Positions 1 through 10,821 of a DNA stretch of 47,574 bases are shown here, piece after piece. How positions within the stretch are numbered: position 1 is the first letter of the stretch; each line of letters starts with the position of its first letter. Both the position numbers and the translations under genes were made by a program. The notes below the pieces were generated by a model. That model was not told the origin of the DNA. It searched no databases and saw nothing but the letters and a program-made list of their open reading frames with translations. The stretch comes from Octopus bimaculoides (lineage: Eukaryota), in the NCBI RefSeq assembly GCF_001194135.2, contig NC_068989.1, positions 77,287,291 through 77,334,864 of the forward strand. The letters are read 5' to 3'.

Positions 1-68
<68 letters not shown>

Positions 69-88
69 CATGTATGTATGTGTGTGTA
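1..88. repeat. Compound (TA)n/(TATG)n/(TG)n microsatellite, probably the internal repeat tract of the adjacent SINE
   Basis: Directly visible. The same tract type separates head and tail in the complete copy at 4211-4729. Confidence 0.9.
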
Positions 89-303
89 TGTTTATGTGTC
101 TGTTTGTACCCCAGCATCGCTTGACAACCGATGCTCGTGTGCTTGCATCACCGTAACTTATCGGTTCGGCAAAAGAGAGACCGATGGAATAAGTAGTAGG
201 CTTACAAAGAATAAACTTTGGGGTCGATTTGCTCCACTATAAAAGGCGGTGCTCCAGGATGGTCGCAGACAAATGACTGAAACTAGTATAAGAGTAAAAG
301 AGT
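89..303 (+). mobile_element. 3' half of a bipartite tRNA-derived SINE (family A); head lies outside the window
   Basis: gcttgacaaccgatgc...ggtgctccaggatggtcgcagacaaatgactgaaactagt is the reverse complement of 4211-4430. Confidence 0.8.
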
Positions 304-859
304 AGGTAGGACACACTAATATAATTTTTCTCAAAAATTTTAACAGAGCAAAAAGATGGAAGAAATTCATTTTGTCGCTGCTGTAGCTAAAAAGAGACTA
401 CACTTCTAAGAATCGCATGGAACAAAGTGGGGTCATAGGTTTGTAAGCGACTGTAATTTATTTCTAACTCATTTACCTCTTTATCAGCTGTTAAATCTAA
501 GACTAGAAGACTGCGTCTATTTTGAATAAAGAACAAGAGTGTGTTGACAATTCATGGCTAAATATGGTCATAAATATTATCATATGTATCCCTTTTCTCA
601 AGGCAGGAAATAAGCCATTAGCTATAGTCAGTAGGATATGATAACTGTCTATAAAAAAGGCAGGGTAGGGGTAGACTTTAAATCATGATGTTAATTACCA
701 GATAAAGGGGCAAGACAATTAGAAACCTAAGATGTTAATACAGAGGAATTTTATTTAGGGGCACAATGGGTGATTGTTTATAAGCAATATTATTATGTAA
801 TATAAAAATAAAATTTCAAAATTTCAAAAATGATATAACCAAAATGAGTAAAATATATT

Positions 860-894
<35 letters not shown>

Positions 895-1516
895 NNNNNN
901 NNNNNNNNNNNNNNNNNNNNNNNNNNNNNNNNNNNNNNNNNNNNNNNNNNNNNNNNNNNNNNNNNNNNNNNNNNNNNNNNNNNNNNNNNNNNNNNNNNNN
1001 NNNNNNNNNNNNNNNNNNNNNNNNNNNNNNNNNNNNNNNNNNNNNNNNNNNNNNNNNNNNNNNNNNNNNNNNNNNNNNNNNNNNNNNNNNNNNNNNNNNN
1101 NNNNNNNNNNNNNNNNNNNNNNNNNNNNNNNNNNNNNNNNNNNNNNNNNNNNNNNNNNNNNNNNNNNNNNNNNNNNNNNNNNNNNNNNNNNNNNNNNNNN
1201 NNNNNNNNNNNNNNNNNNNNNNNNNNNNNNNNNNNNNNNNNNNNNNNNNNNNNNNNNNNNNNNNNNNNNNNNNNNNNNNNNNNNNNNNNNNNNNNNNNNN
1301 NNNNNNNNNNNNNNNNNNNNNNNNNNNNNNNNNNNNNNNNNNNNNNNNNNNNNNNNNNNNNNNNNNNNNNNNNNNNNNNNNNNNNNNNNNNNNNNNNNNN
1401 NNNNNNNNNNNNNNNNNNNNNNNNNNNNNNNNNNNNNNNNNNNNNNNNNNNNNNNNNNNNNNNNNNNNNNNNNNNNNNNNNNNNNNNNNNNNNNNNNNNN
1501 NNNNNNNNNNNNNNNN
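895..1516. other. Assembly gap (N run) between (TG)n and (TA)n
   Basis: N run. The other gaps are about 4519-4536, 6671-6814, 8562-8658, 15917-16326, 23597-24475, 25641-26089, 27252-27831, 28478-28726, 31910-32028, 32464-32496, 43016-43279 and 45753-46449. Confidence 0.98.
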
Positions 1517-1563
<47 letters not shown>

Positions 1564-1652
1564 ACATAATACGTTATTGTTGGTTACTGTTCATATATAT
1601 GTCTGCTAGCTATATAACAGATTCCAGCTCTTAAATTCAACACACAATATAT

Positions 1653-1968
1653 TGTTACGAAGAGTGTCACTGGCAAGCACTGAGCAAAAGGTCAAATCTG
1701 CTAAGTATGGACTGTAGTAATTGTGCCATCTGCCATAGAAATTGCTTAAGTTTGCTGCTAAGAGGAAAGAGAGATTGACCGGGAGCGATAATGAGAAAGT
1801 AAGTTAGGGAGGGAGAAAGGGCAGCGGGAAGAGGCAGAGAGTGTAAGAGACAGAGATAGGTGAGAGACAGCAAAGGAGACTCTAATTATTGCAAATAAGA
1901 TTTCGACTTATTGTTGTAACGGAAACCGATATACCAGATGTATAGTTTCAGATATGATCAACTTCACA
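1653..1968. mobile_element. Possible solo LTR
   Basis: Starts TGTTACG, ends CTTCACA, flanked by ATAT on both sides, purine-rich interior. A similarly built segment occurs at 26628-26850. ATAT is a weak TSD in AT-rich DNA. Confidence 0.3.
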
Positions 1969-2607
1969 ATATATATCCCATAGGAGAATTCCTTGGAAAA
2001 TTTTCGAATTAATACTAAACAATGGTATCAGGAAATTGTAGGCATGCACGCTTATAAAAATTGGAGACAGTATTGTCCCGGAATATCATGTTTTAATATT
2101 CTATTGCAAGATCACAGGAAATGTTTCCATATGTATATCATTGCGATTAAAGAACAATTGTTTGTACTGAAAATCTATTCGGATTACAATGGGGAGCGTG
2201 ATTCTAATAGTTAACAAACAACACAAAGTTAACCACATCAAAGTAGCTAACACATGCATTCATTACAGATTGTTTTCTTTGATATAATTATATTGAAGCA
2301 AGTATATCCGTATATATAAACAATAAGATTTTGTTAATAAATTACTTACAATTAATATTCATGGCAGTACTATATTTCTGAATAAAAAAGGCAACTATTT
2401 TACGAGGAAAAAAATCTTACATTTAATGTCCTGAGAAGTTTACTTGTATATTCATTTCTCGGAATTGAATTTAGGTTCGAGGAATAGATCCTCCAACGCT
2501 GTGATTCATTTACAAAACTTCAGTGGATTCAATATAACAGCTGCATGCATGAGGGAAATATAGGATGTGTGAGAGGTTCTCTAATTATTTAAACATTATA
2601 TTTCCTC

Positions 2608-2639
<32 letters not shown>

Positions 2640-3907
2640 CAATCAGACGTATACATAATCATCATTTGTCCTCGTTCACAGGCATAAATATCTAATATAT
2701 TACCACCAGATTGACCTGCAAGTTTTCAGTTTAATCAGTATACTCACATAACATGCTAACATAAGTGAATACATTTCATTCAATGTACCAGCTAAACAGA
2801 CGTCTAACAATGTATGTTTTTTTCTTTTCAAACGAAAATGGTCACGTTTGTAACCACGTCACATAGAAGCGTTTCTACACTAAAGAAGCGATGCATCAAT
2901 TCAAGAAATACTGATTGCATGCCTTTAGTCAGGTTTTATAAACCATATCGTTATGTGTAACACAACAAACAGCCGGTGTAGGAGCATAGTTTTTTCGCAG
3001 CCACTCGATGTGCTAAAAATGACGAAAAGACTAATTTCACTCACATTTAACCCTTAAATTAAACAAGAAGCTCTGGTTGTTTACACTTGCACCATGTTTC
3101 CATCCGAAAGTGTATCTTCTTTGTAATCTTTTAGTGATGTATGAGAGAGTTCTTAAAAGCTTTTGATAACTAAATTTGCAGTAATGAGCGACGAGTCTAT
3201 CTTGTATCCTTTCCTGCAGTTCCTATTCGTCTGACAATCTTCATTCATCAGTGCTAATCAAGTTTTCCAGTTTCTCTCTCTTAAGAATAGAATTTTAGTG
3301 ACATAGAACATCATCAATTTCCTCTGATTACTCATAATACTTTAAAACGTATAGCCCACGTATAGCTCATGTTAAACAATCTTTGCAAATTTTGTCTTCT
3401 TGAAACGAAATTAGTTGAGAGAATTTTCTAATGTAAGATCTCTTGGAACAACCTATCAGACAAAAGGTATTTTTCCTATTTTTCTTTTAATATAAGCGAA
3501 TCAACATCAATTGGCATCTTTTATATCAAGAATTACCTCTCGTAACGGAATCTTAAATATTCGTATTCCCCATTTATAAATCTCACAATATCTCACATAC
3601 TCTTCATATGCGAATCCAGTGGCTATGAATATAAATTACGTAACTATCCAAATAAAACGCTTTAAGAAAACCACGAGAGTTATTGAGCAAAATTATCGTT
3701 GGCAATGGTGTAATGTTTAATGTGTTATTTGTAATATGAATACCATGTTTAATAGGACATAGACTTTGGCCGGAAACCATCTTTTTGACTGATTGATTGA
3801 TTTTCCGCGAGCGCTCATACACACACACACACGCAGAGAGAGACACACATACAAACTCCCTCCCTCCCTCACACGTACACATTCACTCACACCCACATAT
3901 ATAGCTG

Positions 3908-3939
<32 letters not shown>
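3908..3939. repeat. (GATA)n microsatellite
   Basis: Directly visible. Confidence 0.95.
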
Positions 3940-4210
3940 GAAGTCTATTACAAAAAGTAAAAAGTAAGATTAATGTGTGTAAGCTCAAGTAGAGATGAAT
4001 GAAAATATATGAAACTTAATTACTACCTGAAATTCATGATATTGAGATAACGATTTATTCAGGTAATATCATGCTGATATTTATTATCACATTCATTCAT
4101 CCTTAAAATATTAATTTTAGATATTTTACATTTATTCATCCATTTAACTCTTCTTGTGTCAAATGATATTAATGACTTTTTTATTATTTTTGTAGCTGTC
4201 ATTGTTATGT

Positions 4211-4449
4211 TTTACTTTTTATCTTTTACTTGTTACAGTCATTAGACTGCGGCCATGCTGGAGCACCGTTTTCAACATATTTTTTAGTTGACCGAATCGA
4301 CCCTAGTACTAACTTTCTTATACCTGACACTTCTGCTATCAGCCTCGTTTCTTAACCACTAAGTTACGAGGACGTGAACACAACAACACCAGTTGTCAAG
4401 CGGTGATGGTGGGGCAAACACATACACAAATGCACACACGCCTACAACC

Positions 4450-4482
<33 letters not shown>

Positions 4483-4536
4483 AGCACACACGAACACACA
4501 CACACACACACACACACANNNNNNNNNNNNNNNNNN

Positions 4537-4572
<36 letters not shown>

Positions 4573-4729
4573 GGGCTTCTTTCAGTTTCCGTCCACCGAC
4601 TCCACTGACAAGGCTTTGGTCGGCCCTTGGCTATTTGCAGAATAAAGTTACTCAAGGTGCCTTGCCATGAGACAGAGCCCGGAACCATGCGGGTAGAATG
4701 AAAGTTCTTACCCTACAGCCACGCTTGCC
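4211..4729 (-). mobile_element. Complete bipartite tRNA-derived SINE (family A): head, internal (TA)n/(TG)n tract with gap, tail
   Basis: Head 4567-4729 matches 8358-8526 in reverse complement (aaggcaccttgagtaac...ccaaagccttg...gaaactgaaagaagccc). Tail 4211-4430 matches 89-303. Confidence 0.85.
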
Positions 4730-7700
4730 CATTGTATATTTATTTTACTCTACTAGTTTTTATTGTAAAACCATTTTTACTGATAGTTCTGTTTACTTTC
4801 AGGGGAAAATGTTGCCTGTCGTGTATTATTGGCCTGTGTTGGAATCTTCATTTTTTATATAGTTCTTAACTTAATTACACTTCAGCTACAATTCGCCCAG
4901 CCCTTTGATAACTTAAAAGCACCACCTGAAAAAAACATATATAGTGATATTTCATTTTACAGTCATATATTGGGCACCATAACCCATTCGAACAAATACT
5001 TGTTATTTGCAGATATATATCCGGGTGTATGTGATATTCATCCAGGAACTTTTTGAATGTTATGAGACTATGCTCTTTTGTTATGTGTCCTGGCATGGGA
5101 AAAGAAAAAGATCTGAGAACTTTGAAACGGTAATGTATCAGTTGATTGAAAGATGTCCTTTGCAGCTATGTTGAAATGTTAAACTGTCTAGATAGAAATG
5201 TACTCACTGTAGGAAACCTTTTCTCTTAAACCTAATATTGTAAACAATTTATTCTCTATGTCTGACGCATGAGTAAATACAATTCAAACATATAACAAAC
5301 TTTATCTCCTGTGCATTTAAATTTAATAATTGAACCATTAGAATTTTGCATCATATTGCGTCTTGCAAAGATTATAATTGATGTTATTTATAACGAATAC
5401 ATTCATGTTGTCCCTATTTCATGAACCTGAGTGACAAGTCAGTTGACTGGGTTTATTGTATGTATAATGAAACAATATAGTATTGACTCTGTAAATATCA
5501 GACACGTACAGAATGTAAATATTTAATTTATTGTATTTTTTTCTGTTTGCAAAACTATTAGCAAAAAAATATTAAAGGACATAATCATATCTGAGCGTTT
5601 TTGTCATTTTCCCAGAAATTTACAGATAATGAATTTACGGCCAGTTTGCTTTTTATTTTGCATTAACGGTGTACTTCTAAAGATCATTTAAACTATACAT
5701 CAGAAAGAATGCTGACTAGCATTTTCCTTATACACCTATCATTTCAGACATTTCGTCACACCTATTTAAGAACACGATTCCTATTTATTTATCTTTTTTA
5801 TGTTATGAATGAAAATTGTTTCCTCAGTTTTCGTTCTATATTTGGGACGTTTTCCGCATTTTCCTGATTGAAGTCTATCGTTTTCTAGTTCTTTCTCACC
5901 TACTGTTTTTGAAACACCTTTGTTATTATTTAGTATATCATATTGAGAATTTTGAAGCTATGACTATAATCTCTTGTCCCATTATGTATTACCATGCTCA
6001 TATATAATTAGTTGAGCAATAATTCCAATTCACCATCACTACAAACGGTTGTGAAATTGCTAACACTAGAAACATTGATATAACCACAGATGCAAGAAAA
6101 TCTAGTTGCAACAATTACAAAATAATGACTCCACTTTGAAAAAAAAAACACACTCTAGCTTAGAATAAAGTGTTTGAAAAACGGAATGTAAAAATATTTA
6201 GAATACATAAATAAAAATGAATACGAAAATTAAGTTGAAAGTGTTTTTTAATCTGTTGTTATTCTGTCTACCGTAATTCTCTAGAGTGAATAACTCTTCC
6301 CACAATATATGCCAAAGCATTTTTTCAAAGACACATTGAAAGTCAATATTTAGAAGAAAAAAAACATTCTAAATATTTTTAGTGCCATTTAGTTACTTTC
6401 TCATAGTTAATTTGGTCTTTGCATTTTTTTTATAAATTTCATATTACATATAAAATGTTATACGATATAAAACAATATAAACTTCATATTATTTTTTGTG
6501 TTATTTAAGTATGGGATAGGTTTTATTAAAATTCTTAAAATGAAATTTTTCAATGTTTATTTTCCTACTGTTTCAAGAAATAACAGCTTTTAGTAAAAAA
6601 TTTTATTTTTTTCATTCATTTGCATTACACGCACATACACGCACATACACTCACACGCACCCACATATACNNNNNNNNNNNNNNNNNNNNNNNNNNNNNN
6701 NNNNNNNNNNNNNNNNNNNNNNNNNNNNNNNNNNNNNNNNNNNNNNNNNNNNNNNNNNNNNNNNNNNNNNNNNNNNNNNNNNNNNNNNNNNNNNNNNNNN
6801 NNNNNNNNNNNNNNTATATATATATATATATATGTTTGTGTGTGTGTGTATGTATGTATGTATATGCTAAGGTACGAAAGTCTCGGATCTTGAGTCACTC
6901 AATTGCTTCTGCTAAATATTAATTACACTATACATATACACATATTCTGAGATCTAATTTCCCTGTTTGTACAACCATAATTATATATATATATATATAT
7001 ATACACACACATATATACTGTCATTATTCCATTTCAAAACTTCGAGCTAATATAATAGAAATAAATATTTTACTTATGTCTGAACGTAATGAACAATGGA
7101 AATTTCTTTTATTTTAATTTAAATATGTGTAAGCAAACAATACTATATAATAGTAACTATATGTTAAGATAGAAAAACTTAATGTCAATTAATTTTAATT
7201 ATATGAGAAATTTTCAGAAAGACAATGATTTATTTCGATCTTTTTTCATCATAATTAATAATGCTTTCACATATAACTAGATGAGAGAACTGACATAACA
7301 CGACTGTTTTCCACTTTATTCATATTATTTCAATAACGTATTGTTTTCTGTTACAGAAAAGAAAAAAATATCTATTCTGTTATTTAAATACATTATATCG
7401 GGATATTAACGATATTTATAGAGGTACAAACCATAAAAATATTTGATGGAAGGCATAAGGACATCGGCTAGCATGTAATTCTGCGATTCAGGCATTACAT
7501 TTTATCAATGTATTTTACTGGTTCTGATCATAGAAATTCCGGAACAGATATTTTCATAAATGGAGACATTTCTTACTTTACATAAATTACATCTTTGAAA
7601 TTAATTTCTTATTCAAGCTTCAAAGAAGCCTGGAAATACAATAAGAAAAACTAACACATTTGGGTTTGAATATTATATCAAAAATCTTTGAATAATATTT

Positions 7701-8357
7701 GAATTCGGTTTCTATTGTTGTTTTATATCACTTTTCTCTAATTTCTGTAGTTTTGAAAATATCGAAACAGTGTAAGAAATCTCTGTCTACAACATATTCC
7801 TTTCGGATTGTAATAGACTGGAAGACCAAAAAAATATGTAGAACATTCTAAATTGGCCAAGGCTGAATAAATTTTATATGGAAACTTAGATTGTGTAGTA
7901 TGGTTATGCCATAGAAAAAATAAATAAACTCACACACTGTCTATGAGATATGACTTCGTTAGGCCTATCAAGACAATGGCCGTAACTCTGTGAAACTTCA
8001 GATGTAATGGTATGCATGGATTTACTTAAATACAATGACACTATATAGATTTACTTAAATGAAATATAATGATTGAGGGAGAGAATGTGATGCGTGGAGT
8101 GACTTTCTTAGTAACGTTTTTATTATACACAACTAAAAGATTCTTTCCACCGCCCCTTTCTTTTCCATTATCTCACTTCCTCGTATCATCATCATCGTTA
8201 CAGTTACGCACATTCTTGAGTGCGCCAGTGTGCGTGTAAATCTTTTAATTTTTATATATTTATATATGCATAATTATATTCAAATATAAATATTATCAGT
8301 TTATACATGTCTTTCACTCCCCCTCTCTTTCTACATATACATATGTATCTATATATA

Positions 8358-8525
8358 GGCGCAGGCGTAGATGCGTAGTAAAAAGCTTGCTTCCCAACGA
8401 AATGTTTTTGTGTTCACTCCCTCTGTGTGGCACTTTAGGCAAGTGTCTTCTACTATAGCCTCGGGCCTACCAAACCAAAACCTTGTTAGGGGACTTGATA
8501 GAATGGAACTCGAAGAAACCCGTCG

Positions 8526-8526
<1 letters not shown>
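8358..8526 (+). mobile_element. 5' head of SINE family A; tail not seen
   Basis: ggcgcaggcgtagatgcgtagtaaaaagcttgcttcccaac...ggcactttaggcaagtgtcttctactatagcctcgggcc, followed by (TA)n and a gap; homologous to 4567-4729. Confidence 0.8.
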
Positions 8527-8561
<35 letters not shown>

Positions 8562-8673
8562 NNNNNNNNNNNNNNNNNNNNNNNNNNNNNNNNNNNNNNN
8601 NNNNNNNNNNNNNNNNNNNNNNNNNNNNNNNNNNNNNNNNNNNNNNNNNNNNNNNNNNTGTGTGTGTGTGTGT

Positions 8674-8705
<32 letters not shown>

Positions 8706-8710
8706 ATAAA

Positions 8711-9397
8711 GGGCATTACTACACATAAAGGACTCTTAAAGTCAAAAGCCAAAACTACCTTTAATAAATATACAGTGAACCGACAACGAGGGAATGCAAC
8801 TTGGAAGTCGTCTCCTAAAAACTGATTGGGCTGCAAATCATATGATTTCGTAGTTAGTGTACATAATCTACTTATAGCGAGAGACGTGTAGAAATGCTCT
8901 TAATATAGTAAATGTATTTAAAATGGAATAGATTAATTATATATTTTGTATAAAATTTCTCCTTAACTGGTTTTTCACTCTGATTACTTGATAAATTCTT
9001 ATATAGGTTTTATCCTTATATTTAATTTTATATTTAACCGGAATATATTCAACGCTGAATTATTCCGAATATGCACGTGCATCGAGATGTAATTTGAAAA
9101 GCCCGCCTTTTGCATGGCTATATGAGTATAAACATTTCTGTGCTATGATGGATACATGCGGTGTTCGTCTGGTGTGGGAATTTTGTTCATTTTTATGTGT
9201 GCTGATTATGCCTGCACTGACGGTTAGAAAGTGAATTATGTACACGAATTTTGAAATCGTATGATTTGCGGCTGAATCTGTTTTTAAGAGACAACTTCCA
9301 AGTTGTATTCCCTCGCTGTCGGTACACTATATTCATTAAGGTAGCTTTGACATTAAGAGTCCCTTAGAGCGTGAGGCATTTGCATGTAGTAATGTCC
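8711..9397. mobile_element. Non-autonomous DNA transposon (MITE) with ~160 bp imperfect TIRs, TTAA-type target; Kolobok-like termini
   Basis: 8711-8871 is an imperfect reverse complement of 9231-9397. Termini gggcattactaca / tgtagtaatgtcc match 12 of 13. Flanks are taaa (8707-8710) and ttaa (9398-9401). No ORF. Confidence 0.7.
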
Positions 9398-9616
9398 TTA
9401 ATATAATAAATGTATTTAAAAGGCAATAAATTAATTATATATTTTGTTAAATTCAAATTAAGATGAACGTAAACAGACAAACGAAGTTTGCTTTTAGAAG
9501 TGTTGAGATGTCTTAGAAAGTTTAAGAAGTGATTTTAAATTCTCAAACGCATGATAATGCTAATAATATAGCCTAAACAGGATAAGATACCCCTAGTTTG
9601 CCAAAAAAGTGTAGGC

Positions 9617-9692
9617 GGCCAGCTATGAGACACGAACTGACACCATCGTGATTACGCGTCGCAGTGCTCTAGACCGATTAGGCTAAACTGCC
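9617..9692 (-). pseudogene. Decayed tRNA-like sequence, closest to tRNA-Thr(CGU); pseudogene or SINE head
   Basis: 76 nt ggcagtttagcctaatcggtctagagcactgcgacgcgtaatcacgatggtgtcagttcgtgtctcatagctggcc, with A-box-like and B-box-like motifs. Acceptor stem has one bulge; anticodon and T stems each pair 4 of 5; anticodon CGT; T6 run at 9603-9608. Confidence 0.55.
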
Positions 9693-9848
9693 CCAACACA
9701 AGGTCTTCTGCAAATCTAAGATGTATAGGAATCTCGCTTTATGAGACGCATGTATTTTTTTTGTTTTGTTTTTGCCTCTGAATGAAGCAAAGTGTTGCGT
9801 ACACCTTTCCTTGAATATATATATATATATATATATAATGATTATTAT

Positions 9849-10040
9849 GATTGACCGTTGACTGAACACTATTCAATTTTTTTTCTCCGTGTTTTTCTCC
9901 TTGTCTCCGTATTCTTTCTGTTGAAGAGCGTAGCTCGAAACGTCAAAGACTTTCCGTATTCCCGAGCGTCATACTAATACATCCTTTTGTTATTTACACC
10001 ACCTGTCCTCGTCTGTTGTTGTTTTTTCGTACATTCTCCC
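9849..10040 (+). mobile_element. Dispersed repeat carrying a hammerhead-like motif; probable Penelope-like terminal repeat (pLTR)
   Basis: Second diverged copy at 37621-37780 (ctgttgaagagcgtag(g)ctcgaaac). Minimal hammerheads are an established feature of Penelope-like element termini. Confidence 0.6.
9913..9949 (+). ncRNA. Minimal type-I hammerhead ribozyme-like fold with variant core
   Basis: Stem I tcttt/aaaga; core ctgttga plus a; stem II gagc-gta-gctc; gaaa; loopless palindromic stem III acgt; GUC cleavage triplet 9942-9944. Confidence 0.55.
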
Positions 10041-10778
10041 ATATATATATCTATATATGTATATATACATTCAAGGCAGACACACGCGTGCGGGTACACA
10101 CACATATGTGTGTGTTTGCGTAAGTGTGTATGTATGTGTATTTCTGTATGCATAACATTTATGGATAATATCGTACTTATTCGCTTTCTATCTTTAGCGT
10201 TTTTATAATTTTCTTTTCGTGTTGAATACTTCTGTGATTGTTGTGTGTTCGCTTTGTAGTCCTACGCATTATCAATCACGTGAGTTCAGTTGTCACATTT
10301 CACGTATTATTTCGTTATTTCCTCGTTGCAAAATAATCTTCCTGTAATTTCTCTCATTTATACTATATGTATGTGTGTGTGTGCATGTATTATATAAACT
10401 AGTAGTATCTATTCCACACTCCCCCATCAACTCATACAAGTGTTGTTCACATTGATATCTTGAATGTACCCCCTTAAGTGCATCACAGAGTGCTTTGAAG
10501 TTACATATAAATCTCTTTCACGGATATAGTAGGTATAATAATTTTAAAGATTTAAGTCATATATCTTGTTGATCTCTTTCTCTCGCAGATACGTAGCTGA
10601 GAATCTAAAATACATTTTTTAAAAATTTACTTGTGCATATGACTTTTGTCGAGATTTACATCATATTCAGATTCCTGTAAACAACAGGAAATGAAAAAAA
10701 GGGAAAACAGGTAACTTAATTTAATTTATTTCTATGATAGAGTAGAATTCCCAAAAATGTATTTCAGATTTTCACGAA

Positions 10779-10821
<43 letters not shown>

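Noticed and set aside
346-432. Acceptor-like aattttaacag and donor-like tag|gtttgt
   Set aside because: All three frames between them contain stops.
816-1634. Long ORFs of 200-440 aa in the track (also at 23263-24634, 25577-26245, 27105-27894, 45605-46552 and others)
   Set aside because: They are N-gap read-throughs plus dinucleotide or trinucleotide translations ([12 protein letters not shown], poly-I/S/M).
4962-5130. In-frame TGA within SYIGHHNPFEQ...GCM*YSSRNFL as possible selenocysteine
   Set aside because: The context matches no selenoprotein family I know and no SECIS was identified.
10589-10710. Very good acceptor (ctctttctctcgcag) and donor (acag|gtaact)
   Set aside because: All frames from the acceptor hit stops. 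It could only be a UTR or non-coding exon, with no further support.
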